Source: a virus (lineage: Duplodnaviria > Heunggongvirae > Uroviricota > Caudoviricetes). From it: DNA of 64,000 nucleotides. The position numbers and the translations under genes were made by a program. Every line of letters begins with the position of its first letter. Within the stretch, counting starts at the first letter, position 1. Below, in pieces: positions 45,026 to 56,760 of this stretch. The notes below the pieces were generated by a model. The model saw nothing but the letters and a program-made list of their open reading frames with translations, did not search any database and was not told the origin of the DNA. The DNA lies in the IMG/VR virus record IMGVR_UViG_3300032167_000028, one strand, 5' to 3'.

Positions 45026-45649
45026 GGTATAACCTTCTTTCTGTTAAATGTTTGTCAATGTGTTCATGAGTGACTATGATCCCGTCAGTGGTCTTGACTC
45101 CGGCGGTTGAGCATCGTCGGCAACTGTTGATCTCTATCAACTGTATTCATTATAAGGGATACAAGGCTATTTGTCAACGGCTTTTTTGAATTTTTTTCAG
45201 ATTTTTTCAAAGAAATTTTTGCAGGATATTTTGCAGGATTGCTTGCATTTTACTTTCACACTTTAGCGTGCTAAATCCTACTAAGGGGCAGGGGTTTCAG
45301 GCGTCTGTTAGCCCTCCCTAACGACCGACCCCGTGGTCTCCACATTATCCGATAGAATTCAATTTTAAAAAATCAGCACCCATCTCACCAATCAAAAAAT
45401 TTCACTACAACTGTAATTCAATCAAATTTCCCCGCACTCTATTTTCCCCAAATTTTACTTTTTTGTAAAAAAGTGATAAAATTTTAGTATAAGAAAAAAC
45501 TAGACAGAAATAAACTGTCAAGGAGCAAAGACGTGAAGAAACCCTACTCACTAAATTTTGAAATAAAGACGGCAGTGGATAGAAATTAGGCCGTAATAGA
45601 TATTCTCGATTCACTCGAAACCGATCCTTCGTAGAAAGAAATAGAACAA

Positions 45650-46798
45650 ATGACCGACTATATTCTTTTTGGTAAGGATGAAAAGTTTTTGTCGGCCGTC
45701 GACACCAAAGACATTTTATAGCCCGAACGCCGTTTCAATTCTTGGAAAACCAAAGCAGAAAAAACCGAATCTCTTGATGCCCTGCTGGAAGACCCAGTAA
45801 CAGCCCCCGAGATAGAATCAAAAACCGCCGACCGCGGGCCACGTTACAAGGTAGTTAAGCCCGAGATTAAGCGTCCCACCTACGATGCTGATGGCAACAT
45901 GATTGATCCCGGTGACTCCGATGTACCCGGCATGGTGGAGTTATGGGAGATTATTGATGACCTCCAGAAACGCTATGATATGTATAGGGGTAAAATTCCT
46001 CCGGATGACAACATTAGGGCACATCCAATAAATAGTTATCAGTTGTATAAGATGGGCCACATGCTAATAGACATTAGACGTCACCAATACTATTTAAAAG
46101 ACTATTGGAAACCCACAATCAAATTCTTCAACATCCAGCCACCCGGAAAACCCATACTAGATTTCAATGGCAACACCGGTCTATGGTTGTCGCCCGAAGA
46201 ATGGTGCGAACGAAAACGCAACCCTAAAGAATTTGACCTTGAACAGCCGCCACTACAAGATACACCTACAGATGAGCAAGGCCACATTTATTGGAAAATC
46301 AGTGATAACGAAATAGATTATGAAAATCCCGATCACATTTTAGCAATTTTAGATAACTATTGCTCATTATTAAAACATTCCTATGGCGACCTTCACAGTC
46401 CTACTCGCATCATGTGTTGGGACATAGAATGGTTAATTGAAAACGCTGGTCTCACCGATTTAGAACATTTCCTTCTTACCCAACGTGTAGCACATAGAAA
46501 CATATTTAGAATACAAAAAGCCCTATTGGAAGACGACATCGTAATGAGCGACGTTCAAATCCGTACCTATACAAGAAATAAAATCCCAAAGAAGCTCGCC
46601 CAAACCGCCACCCGCCTACGCCTAGAGTGTCAGATGCGTAATGGTGAAATAGAAACACTCAAGTGTTCCAAGTGCGGCAAGTCCTATCCAAAAGATCCTT
46701 TCTACTTTGCACGTTCTCGCGACAAGCGTACCGGCTACTGTAGTCAATGTAAGGCTTGTCAGAAAGCAAAACGTGATGCGGCTAAGGAGGCGAAGTAA
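45650..46798 (+). CDS. putative DNA-binding protein with C-terminal zinc ribbon; N-terminal extension reads through one TAG (45719-45721)
   Basis: ATG 45650 in frame with ORF 45899..46798; 83 upstream codons have no stop except one TAG and read protein-like; C-terminus CSKCGKSYPKDP...CSQCKAC. The alternative start at 45899 cannot be excluded. Confidence 0.45.
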
Positions 46799-46800
46799 TT

Positions 46801-47733
46801 ATGCCTGTATGCGGCAAATGTAAGATAGATAAACCTATTACAGAATTTGTACCTACCAAATCACCATTTCATCCCAAGGATCGCTCCTTGATGTGTTTAA
46901 CTTGTTTGGAGAAATTGGTTGATCCCAAAGACTTAAATTAGGTCGACAAAATGTGCCAGTGGCTAGACATTCCTTTCTTTGTCAATGAATGGACCCGGAT
47001 ATGGAACGCGGCGAAAGAACGCACATTACACGTATATGTAAAGCTACTATCAGACAACCCTTCCTACACGTCCCTTGATTGGTCAACCGTAAATGAAAAA
47101 TGGCAAGATGCAGAAACATGCGGCACCCTAATTGATAATGTGCCTGTTGTTGCCGAAGGCTGGCGACGCGAAATGATGCGTAAATGGCCATCCGACCAAG
47201 AACGTGATGATGAAGACTATCATTATTTAGAAAATTTCTATAACGATCTTTGCACCACCCAAAATCTTGTAAGTGCTACCCAACGTGACGATGCCAAACG
47301 CTTGTGCGAAGTTGGACTGTTAGCTACCAAAAAAATTCGTGCCGGTCTTGATGCCAAGAATGAAATGGCAATTTACCACAACATCGTTAAGACCGAAGGT
47401 TTTGAACCGAAAAACGCCAAAAATATTGGAGACTTCGACAGCGTAGGAGAACTCTACACTTGGCTTGAAAAACGTGGCTGGAAACCAAAGTGGCACACCG
47501 AGCCGCAAGATAGCGTGGACTTTACTATAAAGAATATACAAAAATATCTACAACGTCTTGTTACGGGCGAGGGTGCCCTAGCAGACCAAGTAGAAAATCG
47601 CCGTAAGCAACTTGAACTTGCTAACCGTCTTGAGGAAGACTACGATACTCCACTTGAAGATGAGGACGTCGAAATCGAGTATGAAGGTGCGGCCGAGCTG
47701 GAGGATGAGTTAGATGACGGAGCTCTTAACTAA
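46801..47733 (+). CDS. putative terminase small subunit-like protein with N-terminal zinc ribbon; in-frame TAG at 46939-46941
   Basis: AAGGAGG RBS + ATG 46801; MPVCGKCKIDKP...CLTCLEKL then TAG then in-frame continuation into ORF 46951..47733; sits immediately upstream of TerL. Confidence 0.5.
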
Positions 47734-47857
47734 CACTACCTCCCGCCCCATTTAGGGGGAATTAAGAGATGGAGTCCCTATTGAAAAAGGTGTAGTAGTT
47801 ACTGAAGATTTCCTAGAGAGAAACGAAAATCTTTTTTAGCAATATAGTGCCTACTTT

Positions 47858-49498
47858 ATGTTGTATCCAGATTTATTTTTGGATCTGATCGCAACCAAAG
47901 ATTGTCCAATTAAATTCTACTACTACCAGCGAATTATGTTGCGTGCGATGATGCGTTTCCGTTATTTTTACGGAACCTTTACTCGTGCGACATCTAAATC
48001 GTTCTTAGCAATTATTTCACAGTATCTTGCTTGTATGTTCCTGCCGCGTTCTAAGCGATTTGTAGTATCTCAATTCAAGAAAGCTTCTCTAAGTATTACG
48101 AAGCAGAAGCTCGAAGAAATTTGGACATACTGGCCACTACTGAAAACAGAAATTCTTACTCAACATATGTCAACAGACTATATTGAGCTTATCTTTAAAA
48201 ATAGTTCTACCCTACAAATTCTTTCTCTCAGTGCCTCCAGCCGTGGACAACGTGCTTCTGGCGGTCTGATAGAAGAGGCTGCTCTTATTGATGGTGACCT
48301 GTTGGCAGAAGTTATCATTCCTATGATGAACATTCCTCGTCAACATTCTTCTGGCGGTTCGAATCCAGAAGAACCGCACTCTCAGCAGGTGTATATTACA
48401 TCGGCTGGCAGTAAGAATACTTTCGCCTATGAACGTTTGATAGAACTTACAACATTGGCTGTACTTGAACCACAAGATTACTTCATATGCGGTGCAAGTT
48501 ATGAACTACCGTTGAAATATGGATTATTCGATAAAAAAACAATTCAAGACCAAAAGCTTAGCTCTACTTTCTCTAGTGATGGTTTCGCTCGTGAGTCTAT
48601 GAGTATTTGGACAGGTGGTTCAAGTGATTCTTGGTTTAATACAAATAAGCTAAATAAGTCTCGTTCTCTAATGCATTGTGAGAGAGATTACAATCTCACT
48701 CAGAAGCAAGTAGATGCGGGCTGGTTCTATCTAATGTCTGTCGACGTTGCTCGCTATGGTGAGAATGATACTTCTGTATTCGTCTTTAAGGTGCGGCCTA
48801 GGGATAACGGCTGGAAAAAGGACGTTGTATATACAGAGAACCTTACTAAGATGAATCTTCTCACACAAGCCGCGAGATTAAAAGAACTTAATCGTATTTA
48901 TCGTCCAAAAGAAATCGTTATCGACGGTAACGGCGTTGGTGCCGGTTTAATTGACGCGATGGTTGTTCCTTCTTTCGGTAAGAATGGTGAAACCTATGAA
49001 CCAATATACGTAACTAACGATCCTGATAATTATCCTATTCCACGCGGTATGGATAGGCTTGCTTCTATTTATAACATTAAAGCCAATGCAACTCTTAACG
49101 GTGAAATTTATTCTAATCTCTATGTTCAAATAAACAGTGGTAATGTTGGACTATTAGCTGCTGAGCGTATCGTCAAAGAAAAACTACTTGCAACTAAAAA
49201 AGGACAACGAATGAATTATTTAGCAAGAGAAAAATTTCTCTTACCTTATATCATGACTTCGCGACTTATAGATGAGATGAATAATCTAAAATTAAAAGTT
49301 GGTGGAGCTGCCGGAACTGTTGCCGTCGAACAAATTTCTCGACGTATTAACAAAGACCGTGTATCCGCCCTCTCTTATGGATTATATCGTATCAAATACT
49401 ATGAAGATAAAGAAGTGCGGAGAAAGCGTACCGGAATAACGGATGCCTCAAAGTTAGCTTTCTTTTCTTCTTCTAAAAAATCTAAACGGAGGCATTGA
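47858..49498 (+). CDS. terL: terminase large subunit
   Basis: deviant Walker A GTFTRATSKS, Walker B LIEEAALIDGD, coupling motif ITSAGS, nuclease-domain Asp cluster DVARYGENDTSVFVF; 546 aa. Confidence 0.8.
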   Translation: MLYPDLFLDLIATKDCPIKFYYYQRIMLRAMMRFRYFYGTFTRATSKSFLAIISQYLACMFLPRSKRFVVSQFKKASLSITKQKLEEIWTYWPLLKTEILTQHMSTDYIELIFKNSSTLQILSLSASSRGQRASGGLIEEAALIDGDLLAEVIIPMMNIPRQHSSGGSNPEEPHSQQVYITSAGSKNTFAYERLIELTTLAVLEPQDYFICGASYELPLKYGLFDKKTIQDQKLSSTFSSDGFARESMSIWTGGSSDSWFNTNKLNKSRSLMHCERDYNLTQKQVDAGWFYLMSVDVARYGENDTSVFVFKVRPRDNGWKKDVVYTENLTKMNLLTQAARLKELNRIYRPKEIVIDGNGVGAGLIDAMVVPSFGKNGETYEPIYVTNDPDNYPIPRGMDRLASIYNIKANATLNGEIYSNLYVQINSGNVGLLAAERIVKEKLLATKKGQRMNYLAREKFLLPYIMTSRLIDEMNNLKLKVGGAAGTVAVEQISRRINKDRVSALSYGLYRIKYYEDKEVRRKRTGITDASKLAFFSSSKKSKRRH

Positions 49499-49503
49499 TA
49501 AGC

Positions 49504-50997
49504 ATGGCTGAAGAGACCAACAAAAAAGTTCGTCAACTAACGGATTTCGAAAGTTTCGCCAAGAAAGTCGCTTTGAAAGTGCCACAACAATCTACGAGCT
49601 ATCGTAACAGATTCGGTAGAAGCTATACCTCCATTTCGTCTGACGGATTCTCCAAAGAGGAGATCCGCCAGATTTTAGAATCTGGAGATCCTAATAGCAT
49701 ACGTGAATTATCGAAATATTTTAGTAGATTTTGCGGTACCTATTCTCGACCTTTGCAATACTATGCAACGTTACTTAATTACGGTTATGTAATTGTTCCG
49801 CATTATGACATTGATTCAAAACCTAAGAAAATAAAGGCTGCGTACAAGAAAATCTCTTAGTATATTAAGAACTTTAATTTTGATTATATTCTTCCTAAGA
49901 TCAATTATATTGTTCTTACTGAAGGTATATACTATGCTTTGTTAATTGAAGATTCTGAAGAACGTCCAGTTTTCTATCGTTTACCGGCAAAGTATTGCCG
50001 CACTCGTTTCGCCGATAGTTACGGATTACCAATTCTTGAACTTCATACTTCTTATTTTGAGTACATCACTGACTCTGATGTTGAACGAAAAGAAATTTTA
50101 AAGCTATTTCCTAAATATGTTCAACAATCCTATAACAGTCGTAAAGAAAAATTAAAGTGGGTAGAAATTCCTCCCTCCGAGGGCGGTTTCTGTTTCTACT
50201 TTACAGAGGATCAAACTCCTCCCTTTGTTTCTTCCACTTTAGCCGCGGCTGAGTTAGAAAATGCTCGTGATCGCGAAACGGAACGAGATAACAATGAGTT
50301 GGAGAAGATTTTAATTCATAAGCTTCCAATTAATAAGGAAGATGGTGAATTACTTTTTACACTTCCCGAAGCAGAAGTTTTACACCAAAGTATTTGTAAT
50401 ATGCTAGAAGATAACGAGACTATTAATGTATTAACTACTTATGGTGAAGTTAGCTTAGAGGGTGTACAGGATACCGAAGCTTCTTCTACTGCTTCTTCTA
50501 CTCGTTTAGAGAAATACCTTAATAGTGTTTATGATGAGTTGGGTACTTCTTCCGCAATCTTTAATGCAGATAGTGCTACCACCGCTCTAACTTTCTCTAT
50601 TAAGAAAGATATTTCTTTAATGTATGCTTGGAGTAAGCAATACGAATTAGCTGTTAATTCTATTCTTCGTCGCAAGGCAAAGAATGATCAACTTTATTTC
50701 TCTATAAAGTTCCTTGCTACATCTTCTATTTTCCGTAAAGAAGATGCGGACATGTATCTAAAGATGGCACAGTATGGTTATCCACGTTCTACTGTATCTG
50801 CGACAATTGGTCTTGATATGGTTGATTTGGCTCAAGTTACCGACTTTGAAAATAATGTACTACATCTTGAAAAATCTATGATTCCTCTACAATCTTCTTA
50901 TACAACTCCTGGTGGAGAAAATTCTACAGGTTCGGGAAAAATTTCTGAAAAGAAAACAACTGGTCAAGACCTTACAAATGAAGGCGGAAGGCCATAG
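49504..50997 (+). CDS. portal protein, with in-frame TAG at 49858-49860
   Basis: GGAGG RBS + ATG 49504. ORFs 49495..49860 and 49939..50997 share one frame, and the 26 codons between them have no other stop. Size (~497 aa) and position after TerL fit a portal. Confidence 0.7.
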
Positions 50998-51065
50998 AAA
51001 AGTGTAGAAGAACGTGCGGACCGAACCAATGCAAATATTGACGGTTCAACGTAAGGAGTGAAATA

Positions 51066-52487
51066 ATGTCACGAGAGATACCAACTCGTTTTGATGCATC
51101 CTTCGTAGAAGGTAGCTTTCATTCCACTGAAGACCCAGAAATACAGCTCGGTAGGGTAAGAGCGTTCTATAAGTATTCTAATCGCAATGGCAGTTATATT
51201 ACCGACGAATATGCGGAAAAGCTTGCTTTATCCGCTTATATGAAGCCGGTATTTGGCTGTTATAGTCATGAGCACAAAGACTTTTTAGGGCATGAGGGGC
51301 CTGAGAATGTCAAGGGTTACGGTTTCGTAATTCCAGGCTCACTTAAATGGGAAGACCATTTAGATGATGACGGCGTAGTTCGCACTTATGCTACATATGA
51401 TGTATTGGTTTGGGCAGAATATTGGGAAGAAGCTAAGTATATTTTCCAAAAAGCTCAAAGCATGGAAATTGACAAAAATACTGTTCAGGGTGAATGGCGC
51501 TTTATGAACAATGGCCCCATGGAAGAATTTGTTTATACAAAGGGTGTTATGGCTGGCTTTTGTGTTTTAGGAGACATGAAGACTCCTTGTTTTGAAGGTG
51601 CGGCATTCTTCTCTATGGACGACGAAAGCTATGTGAAATTCACAAAGGCTCTCGAAAAATACTATTCCAATAATGGAGGTAAGAACGCTATGAACGTAAA
51701 GGTAGCGGGACTTGAGCATGAGAAGTTCAATGCAATTTTTGCCGCTCTAAATCCCAACTTTAATGAAGAAGGCGCTTACTCACTCAATTTTATTCCTTGT
51801 GAAATCGCTGACGAGTACTTCTATGCTCTCGCTTGCGACAAGGCTGGCAAGGTAAATAAGTATTCTTACTCTTTCAATGAGGAGAATGAGCTAACTGTCG
51901 AATTAGTTGAGGAAACTGACTATCAAGCGGCAGTTGCTGATTTTGAGATTGTTAAGGGTCAGCTCGCAACCGTACAGGCCGAGTTCGAAACTTTCAAGAC
52001 TGAAAATGCTACTGCGCTAAGTGAAGCAGAGGGCCGTTATAATGAGCTAAATACTCAGTATGAAGCTCTCATGGGTGAGAAGTCTACTCTCGCAACTGAG
52101 TTCGAAAATCTTCAGGCTCAGTTTAATGAACTACAGGCTCAGTTTAATGAGCAACAAATTAGCTTTAATAATCAGGCTGCCGTAATTGCTGAGAAGGATG
52201 CTACTATTGCTACTCAGTCTGCGACTATTACTGATTATGAAAATAAAGAAAAGGATGCCCTAATTAATAAGTTCTCTACTTGCATGCCTACTGATATTAT
52301 TCAGGAGATTGTTGAGAAGAAGGACACCCTAACTATTAATGAATTAAATACTGCTCTTTCTATTGAGTATACTAATTTCTCAATGGCAAAGGAACAGAAG
52401 CAGGAGCTACGTATTCCAAACAATAATCCTCCTTCCGATCCTTCTAAAGAGAAGCTATTTAATATTTTAAATGCCTACAAGAAGTAA
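51066..52487 (+). CDS. putative scaffolding / prohead maturation protein with C-terminal coiled coil
   Basis: AAGGAG RBS; C-terminal heptad repeats LATVQAEFETFKTENATALSEAEGRYNELNTQYEALMGEKSTLATEFENLQAQFNELQAQFNE. Confidence 0.5.
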   Translation: MSREIPTRFDASFVEGSFHSTEDPEIQLGRVRAFYKYSNRNGSYITDEYAEKLALSAYMKPVFGCYSHEHKDFLGHEGPENVKGYGFVIPGSLKWEDHLDDDGVVRTYATYDVLVWAEYWEEAKYIFQKAQSMEIDKNTVQGEWRFMNNGPMEEFVYTKGVMAGFCVLGDMKTPCFEGAAFFSMDDESYVKFTKALEKYYSNNGGKNAMNVKVAGLEHEKFNAIFAALNPNFNEEGAYSLNFIPCEIADEYFYALACDKAGKVNKYSYSFNEENELTVELVEETDYQAAVADFEIVKGQLATVQAEFETFKTENATALSEAEGRYNELNTQYEALMGEKSTLATEFENLQAQFNELQAQFNEQQISFNNQAAVIAEKDATIATQSATITDYENKEKDALINKFSTCMPTDIIQEIVEKKDTLTINELNTALSIEYTNFSMAKEQKQELRIPNNNPPSDPSKEKLFNILNAYKK

Positions 52488-52506
52488 ATTACGGAGGTAA
52501 TTGTTT

Positions 52507-53052
52507 ATGGCTCGTTTTATGATTGACAAGTACGGCGTTCTCGAAATGAACCGTGCTGAATATTTAAAGACAGGCATGATCGTCTCCCAGACTCCACTAA
52601 GTGAGGAATTCACTGAGGCCGCTCCTTGCGAGAACGGTATGTGGGTAGATGCCAATAAGGCTAATGACGCGATCAAGCTAATTTCTGACGAAACCGAAAT
52701 CTACGGTATCGTTTATACTACTGAGAAGGATTACACTGGTCTACGTCCAGCCCTAAAGTGGTTCCATCAGGTTGCTGGCGACTATCCACGTGTAGGTATT
52801 CTAAATAAGGGCGACACCTTTACTACCAACACCTTCCATTATGATTTCGCAAGTGAAACTGTTGCTGAACAGTGGGCAGAGCTAAAGAAAGCTTTCAAAG
52901 CTGGTGCCCTATATGTTGTTCCAACCGTTGACGATGGTGCTCCAACTGTAACTGCTGAGAAGCCAGCTGAGGGTCCATATGCTGAAGTCGTTAAGCTCTA
53001 TACTGTTCCTGCTGGAACCCCTGGTATTAAGTACGTAATGGTACGCGTCTAA
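52507..53052 (+). CDS. head protein (decoration or scaffold-associated), 181 aa
   Basis: GGAGG RBS; position between scaffold-like gene and major capsid. Confidence 0.45.
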   Translation: MARFMIDKYGVLEMNRAEYLKTGMIVSQTPLSEEFTEAAPCENGMWVDANKANDAIKLISDETEIYGIVYTTEKDYTGLRPALKWFHQVAGDYPRVGILNKGDTFTTNTFHYDFASETVAEQWAELKKAFKAGALYVVPTVDDGAPTVTAEKPAEGPYAEVVKLYTVPAGTPGIKYVMVRV

Positions 53053-53068
53053 TTTGGAGGTAAATATT

Positions 53069-54100
53069 ATGGATATGACATTACAACAGCTACATGACTG
53101 TGCGATGGGTCGTAATATTCCAGCCGAGTTCGCTAACCAGAACGTTGATTACGAATCCGCCCTTCGCGATGAAATTAAGAAACTCGTAGGTACCTATTCC
53201 CTCTATCGCAAGAATAAGTACGAGTTATTTGATCTACTCCAGCAGAATGCTGAAGAGATTCTCCCACGCAAGGTTCTTGACCTAATTGGTTCTTTTGCTG
53301 AGGTTGCTCAGTATGGTAATAATGATCGTCTAAGCTTCAAGGTAAAGCGTGGCGCACAGCGCGGCAAGCAGTTCGTTACCCGTGCTACTGAGTCCGGTGT
53401 CTACGAGACCTTCCGTCTCGATTACGACTACATGGAACTCACCAGCCACACCATCGGAGGCGCTGGTATCATTGATTTCGAGCGCTACCTCGATGGTCTT
53501 GAGGACATCGCTGAGATCTATGATATTATCCTTGATGGTATGATGACCGCTATCTTCCGTGACATTCAGGGCTGTCTAGCTGCTTCTTGGAATGATACTG
53601 GCCGTCCAGCCAAGAATAAGGCTTCTGCTAATACTTTCGACTGGCAGAAGATGAGTCAGCTCGTTCAGGTTGTAAGTGCATATGGCGCTCCAGTTATCTA
53701 CTGCTCCGCTCTATTCGCTGCTACCATGCTAAATGTTGTTGCTACTCCAGATGGTTGCAAGGTTTCTGATAAGGAAATCGACGAGATTCGTGAGTATGGC
53801 TACATTGGTAAGTTTGCTGGTGCTCCAGTTGTCGTTATGCCAAATTCCTTCGAGGATGAGACTAACGAGAAGCTAGTATTCGACCCACGTTTTGCTTATG
53901 TAATTCCAGCTGGCAAGGAGAAGATCGTTAAGGTTGCTCTAGTTGGCCAGACCATCATCGACGAGTGGAAGAACACCGATCGTTCCCTCGAGATTCAGGG
54001 TTACAAGAAGCTCGGCGTCGGCATTGTTGCCGCACCACACTATTGGGGAATCTATTACAACTCCGGCATTGATGCTTGGGGTCATCCAGAAATCGCCTAA
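53069..54100 (+). CDS. major capsid protein (putative, HK97-fold size class)
   Basis: GGAGG RBS; 343 aa; followed by the strongest hairpin in the operon. Confidence 0.6.
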   Translation: MDMTLQQLHDCAMGRNIPAEFANQNVDYESALRDEIKKLVGTYSLYRKNKYELFDLLQQNAEEILPRKVLDLIGSFAEVAQYGNNDRLSFKVKRGAQRGKQFVTRATESGVYETFRLDYDYMELTSHTIGGAGIIDFERYLDGLEDIAEIYDIILDGMMTAIFRDIQGCLAASWNDTGRPAKNKASANTFDWQKMSQLVQVVSAYGAPVIYCSALFAATMLNVVATPDGCKVSDKEIDEIREYGYIGKFAGAPVVVMPNSFEDETNEKLVFDPRFAYVIPAGKEKIVKVALVGQTIIDEWKNTDRSLEIQGYKKLGVGIVAAPHYWGIYYNSGIDAWGHPEIA

Positions 54101-54120
54101 TTTACTATTAATATAAATTT

Positions 54121-54146
54121 CGGGGAGGGCCTCCGCCCTCCCCTCG
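54121..54146 (+). terminator. GC hairpin CGGGGAGGGC-CTCC-GCCCTCCCCTCG after capsid gene (attenuator/terminator)
   Basis: 10-bp GC stem; weak T-tract. Confidence 0.45.
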
Positions 54147-54167
54147 GAGTTAAAAGGAGTAATTATT

Positions 54168-54617
54168 ATGAGTAAGATGAAAATTAAAAACGTCAGCAAC
54201 TTTGCTATTAGTATCATTCTTAATAACGTTCGTTATCGCCGAGATCTAAATCCTGGTCAGGAGACTTCTCTTCCAGAAGATGTAGTTGAGGAATTTAATT
54301 TTGATCCCGGCTGCCGCTCTTATGTAAAGTCCGGTTATATCAAGGTTATTACTGAAGACCAGGAAATTAAGGATGTCTTTGGAGACACTCCAAAGGATGT
54401 AGATATTGATATTGCGGACCTTCTAACTAATAAGTCTGTAAATGAACTTGCAATTGCTCTAAAGAATGGCTCTCCTGCTTTTAAGGAAAAAGTTGTTTCT
54501 GAAGCAATTCGTCTATCTATTACTGATGCTGCTCGTTGTTCTTTAATCAAGCACAATTGCAATGTAGATGTACTAAATGCTATTACTCTACAGCGCTCTG
54601 TTGAAACCAACCGATAA
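54168..54617 (+). CDS. hypothetical head protein (149 aa)
   Basis: AAAGGAG RBS. Confidence 0.5.
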   Translation: MSKMKIKNVSNFAISIILNNVRYRRDLNPGQETSLPEDVVEEFNFDPGCRSYVKSGYIKVITEDQEIKDVFGDTPKDVDIDIADLLTNKSVNELAIALKNGSPAFKEKVVSEAIRLSITDAARCSLIKHNCNVDVLNAITLQRSVETNR

Positions 54618-54631
54618 GGAGGTGCGGCCTC

Positions 54632-55075
54632 ATGGCTACTCCTTTACAAAAAGTTTACGATGCCTTTCTGGCTAAACTTGAAGAAGACGAGTGGATGCTA
54701 GCAGAGGACGTGAACGTCGTAGAAGATGATTGGAGATAGATTTTGGACGCGGCAATTTTCCGCGTTCGCTATCCACATGTGTCGTTAGACTACGATGCTG
54801 AAACTGGCATTTTTATCGACACTCTTGGTAATGATGAAATTCAATTACTTGCAAATCTTATGAAGTCTGAATGGATTAATCGTACTATTGCAGTATGGGA
54901 TAATTTAAGACAATTATATAGTGATAAAGATTTCTCTCAAGCTAATTTCCTTGACAAGCTTAATAAAACAGGAGCGCAGGTTGATGATACTTGTCGCCTA
55001 ATGTTAGATAGGTACGGCCGTGCTGTACGTTATAAACCTAACAAAATCTTCGGCAAGTTAGCCGGAAAGGGTTAA
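54632..55075 (+). CDS. head-tail connector / adaptor-like protein with in-frame TAG at 54737-54739
   Basis: AAGGAGG RBS + ATG 54632; MATPLQKVYDAFLAKLEEDEW... then TAG, then same frame as ORF 54743..55075. Confidence 0.55.
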
Positions 55076-55082
55076 GTTTGGT

Positions 55083-55343
55083 ATGGAAGGCTATTATAAT
55101 AAATTAAAGGGCCGCCTTTATGGGCTGCTCTGTGAAAAGGAAAAAGAAGGAGCTTGGGAAAAATTTTTGGATACAATTATAATTGAGCTTATGGGATTTC
55201 AATCTCACAATAAGACAATTAATTATTGGACTTTAATTGGTAAATTAGGTTCATTACGTTATCTGAGTTATGAATATTTTCGTAAAACAGTTTTTGAATG
55301 TATGAACTTAGTTACTGAATTAAGTAAAAATGAGTTACTTTGA
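55083..55343 (+). CDS. head-tail joining protein (putative)
   Basis: 86 aa, position. Confidence 0.4.
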   Translation: MEGYYNKLKGRLYGLLCEKEKEGAWEKFLDTIIIELMGFQSHNKTINYWTLIGKLGSLRYLSYEYFRKTVFECMNLVTELSKNELL

Positions 55344-55893
55344 AACCTATAAAAAGCGTGCTTCTTTTTTAGGTATAACACCTCAAGAACGTGCTTTTCA
55401 ATCTGGTATATTAGAATTTCGTCGTTATCTTAAATACAATTCTCATACCGTAAGAGGTTTGATTTGTGAAACAACCGGCCAAATATTTGACGGTGTTATC
55501 TTAACGGATAAAGAAGATGAAAATCGTGTATCACAAATTCTTTTGGTGGATTTAGAAACACCTTTAAAAAAGGGAGATTTAATTCTTTGGAATAATGAGC
55601 ATTGGCTCATTTATCGTTCTACTACTTCTTCTTATCAACCGCATCAAAAGTTCTATATGGTTCGCTGTAATCACTATATTAAATGGGTAGATAATGGTGA
55701 ACTTAAAGAAAGTTGGATTTATCTCTTAGGATCTAAAGATTCTAAGATTAAAGATAATTTCCGTACATGGCACAATGTAATTACTCCTCAGCCAAACAAA
55801 TATATTCAAATTATTTTGCCGCATGTATTAATGCCAATAAATACTGAGATTATTGTTATGGATGAAGCTTGGTATCTTGTTGATTATGATTAG
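55330..55893 (+). CDS. head closure / tail completion protein (putative)
   Basis: 187 aa, position. Confidence 0.4.
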   Translation: MSYFETYKKRASFLGITPQERAFQSGILEFRRYLKYNSHTVRGLICETTGQIFDGVILTDKEDENRVSQILLVDLETPLKKGDLILWNNEHWLIYRSTTSSYQPHQKFYMVRCNHYIKWVDNGELKESWIYLLGSKDSKIKDNFRTWHNVITPQPNKYIQIILPHVLMPINTEIIVMDEAWYLVDYD

Positions 55894-55917
55894 AATTCAG
55901 TTCCTGGTGTAATTTTT

Positions 55918-56271
55918 ATGTCTTTTACTGAAACTAAAGTCAATGAACAACGTGATGACCTTGAAAATAAAATTGCAAACGCTGACCAAATTATTATAGA
56001 AGAACCTGAAGATACCACAGGTATCGTAGGTAAAGATATGATTAAGGTTGGTTATAGTGCTAAATATGAACTTTTAAACGCGGAAGGAGATATTAAATTT
56101 AGTATCTCTGATAAGAAGCTGGCTACAATAGAATATAAAACTGGTTCTAACATTTGTACTGTTAAAGCTAATGAAAACAACAAACTTGGTTTTATAACTT
56201 TAACAGCTGAGTACAATGAAGCAGTTTTTACCAAACAAATTGAAATTATTCCTTTGTGGAAGGTGAATTAA
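55918..56271 (+). CDS. hypothetical tail protein (117 aa)
   Basis: position. Confidence 0.4.
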   Translation: MSFTETKVNEQRDDLENKIANADQIIIEEPEDTTGIVGKDMIKVGYSAKYELLNAEGDIKFSISDKKLATIEYKTGSNICTVKANENNKLGFITLTAEYNEAVFTKQIEIIPLWKVN

Positions 56272-56760
56272 ATGGAAAGTCAGCGTCGATTTGCAGTAAT
56301 GGGTATTAATTTGTTTAAGATATTAAATAAATTATGCCATAATCAAAAGCTTTGTCGTTTATTAAAATATCAAAGCCCAAATCCTTTTAGTGAAGAATTT
56401 GAAGATGTAGATGGTTCTGAACTACTTACAAAACAAATTCTTTATGTTCCTAAATACCCAGAAGACGAAGTTGAAAGCTCTTATGTAATGGCTGTATTTA
56501 ATAATTTTATAATTAATCCTACTAATCCCGATTTTAAATTAACGACAATTCGATTTGAAGTTGTTTGTCCTTATACTGAATGGATTATAGATGAAGGTAA
56601 TCTACGTCCATATTTATTAATGCAAGAAATTGACGATATGTTTAATCAAGCAAAATTAAATGGTTTGGGCAATCTTCAATTTGTTAAATGTGAACCGCTA
56701 ACTTTATCACCACAGATGGGTGGCTACTCTATGGTGTATCAAATCAATGAGTTCAATTGA
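56272..56760 (+). CDS. tail terminator-like protein (putative)
   Basis: 162 aa, position before major tail protein. Confidence 0.4.
   Translation: MESQRRFAVMGINLFKILNKLCHNQKLCRLLKYQSPNPFSEEFEDVDGSELLTKQILYVPKYPEDEVESSYVMAVFNNFIINPTNPDFKLTTIRFEVVCPYTEWIIDEGNLRPYLLMQEIDDMFNQAKLNGLGNLQFVKCEPLTLSPQMGGYSMVYQINEFN

Noticed and set aside
47730-47857. Possible N-terminal extension of TerL through two upstream in-frame TAGs
   Set aside because: No ATG/GTG/TTG start exists in that frame upstream of 47858, so the annotated ATG start is kept.
48340-48370. GGCGGTTCGAATCCAGAAGAACCGC inside terL looks like a tRNA T-arm (GGTTCGAATCC)
   Set aside because: Flanking bases do not form a T-stem or an acceptor stem, and it lies in frame inside a well-supported TerL ORF. 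This is a chance match.
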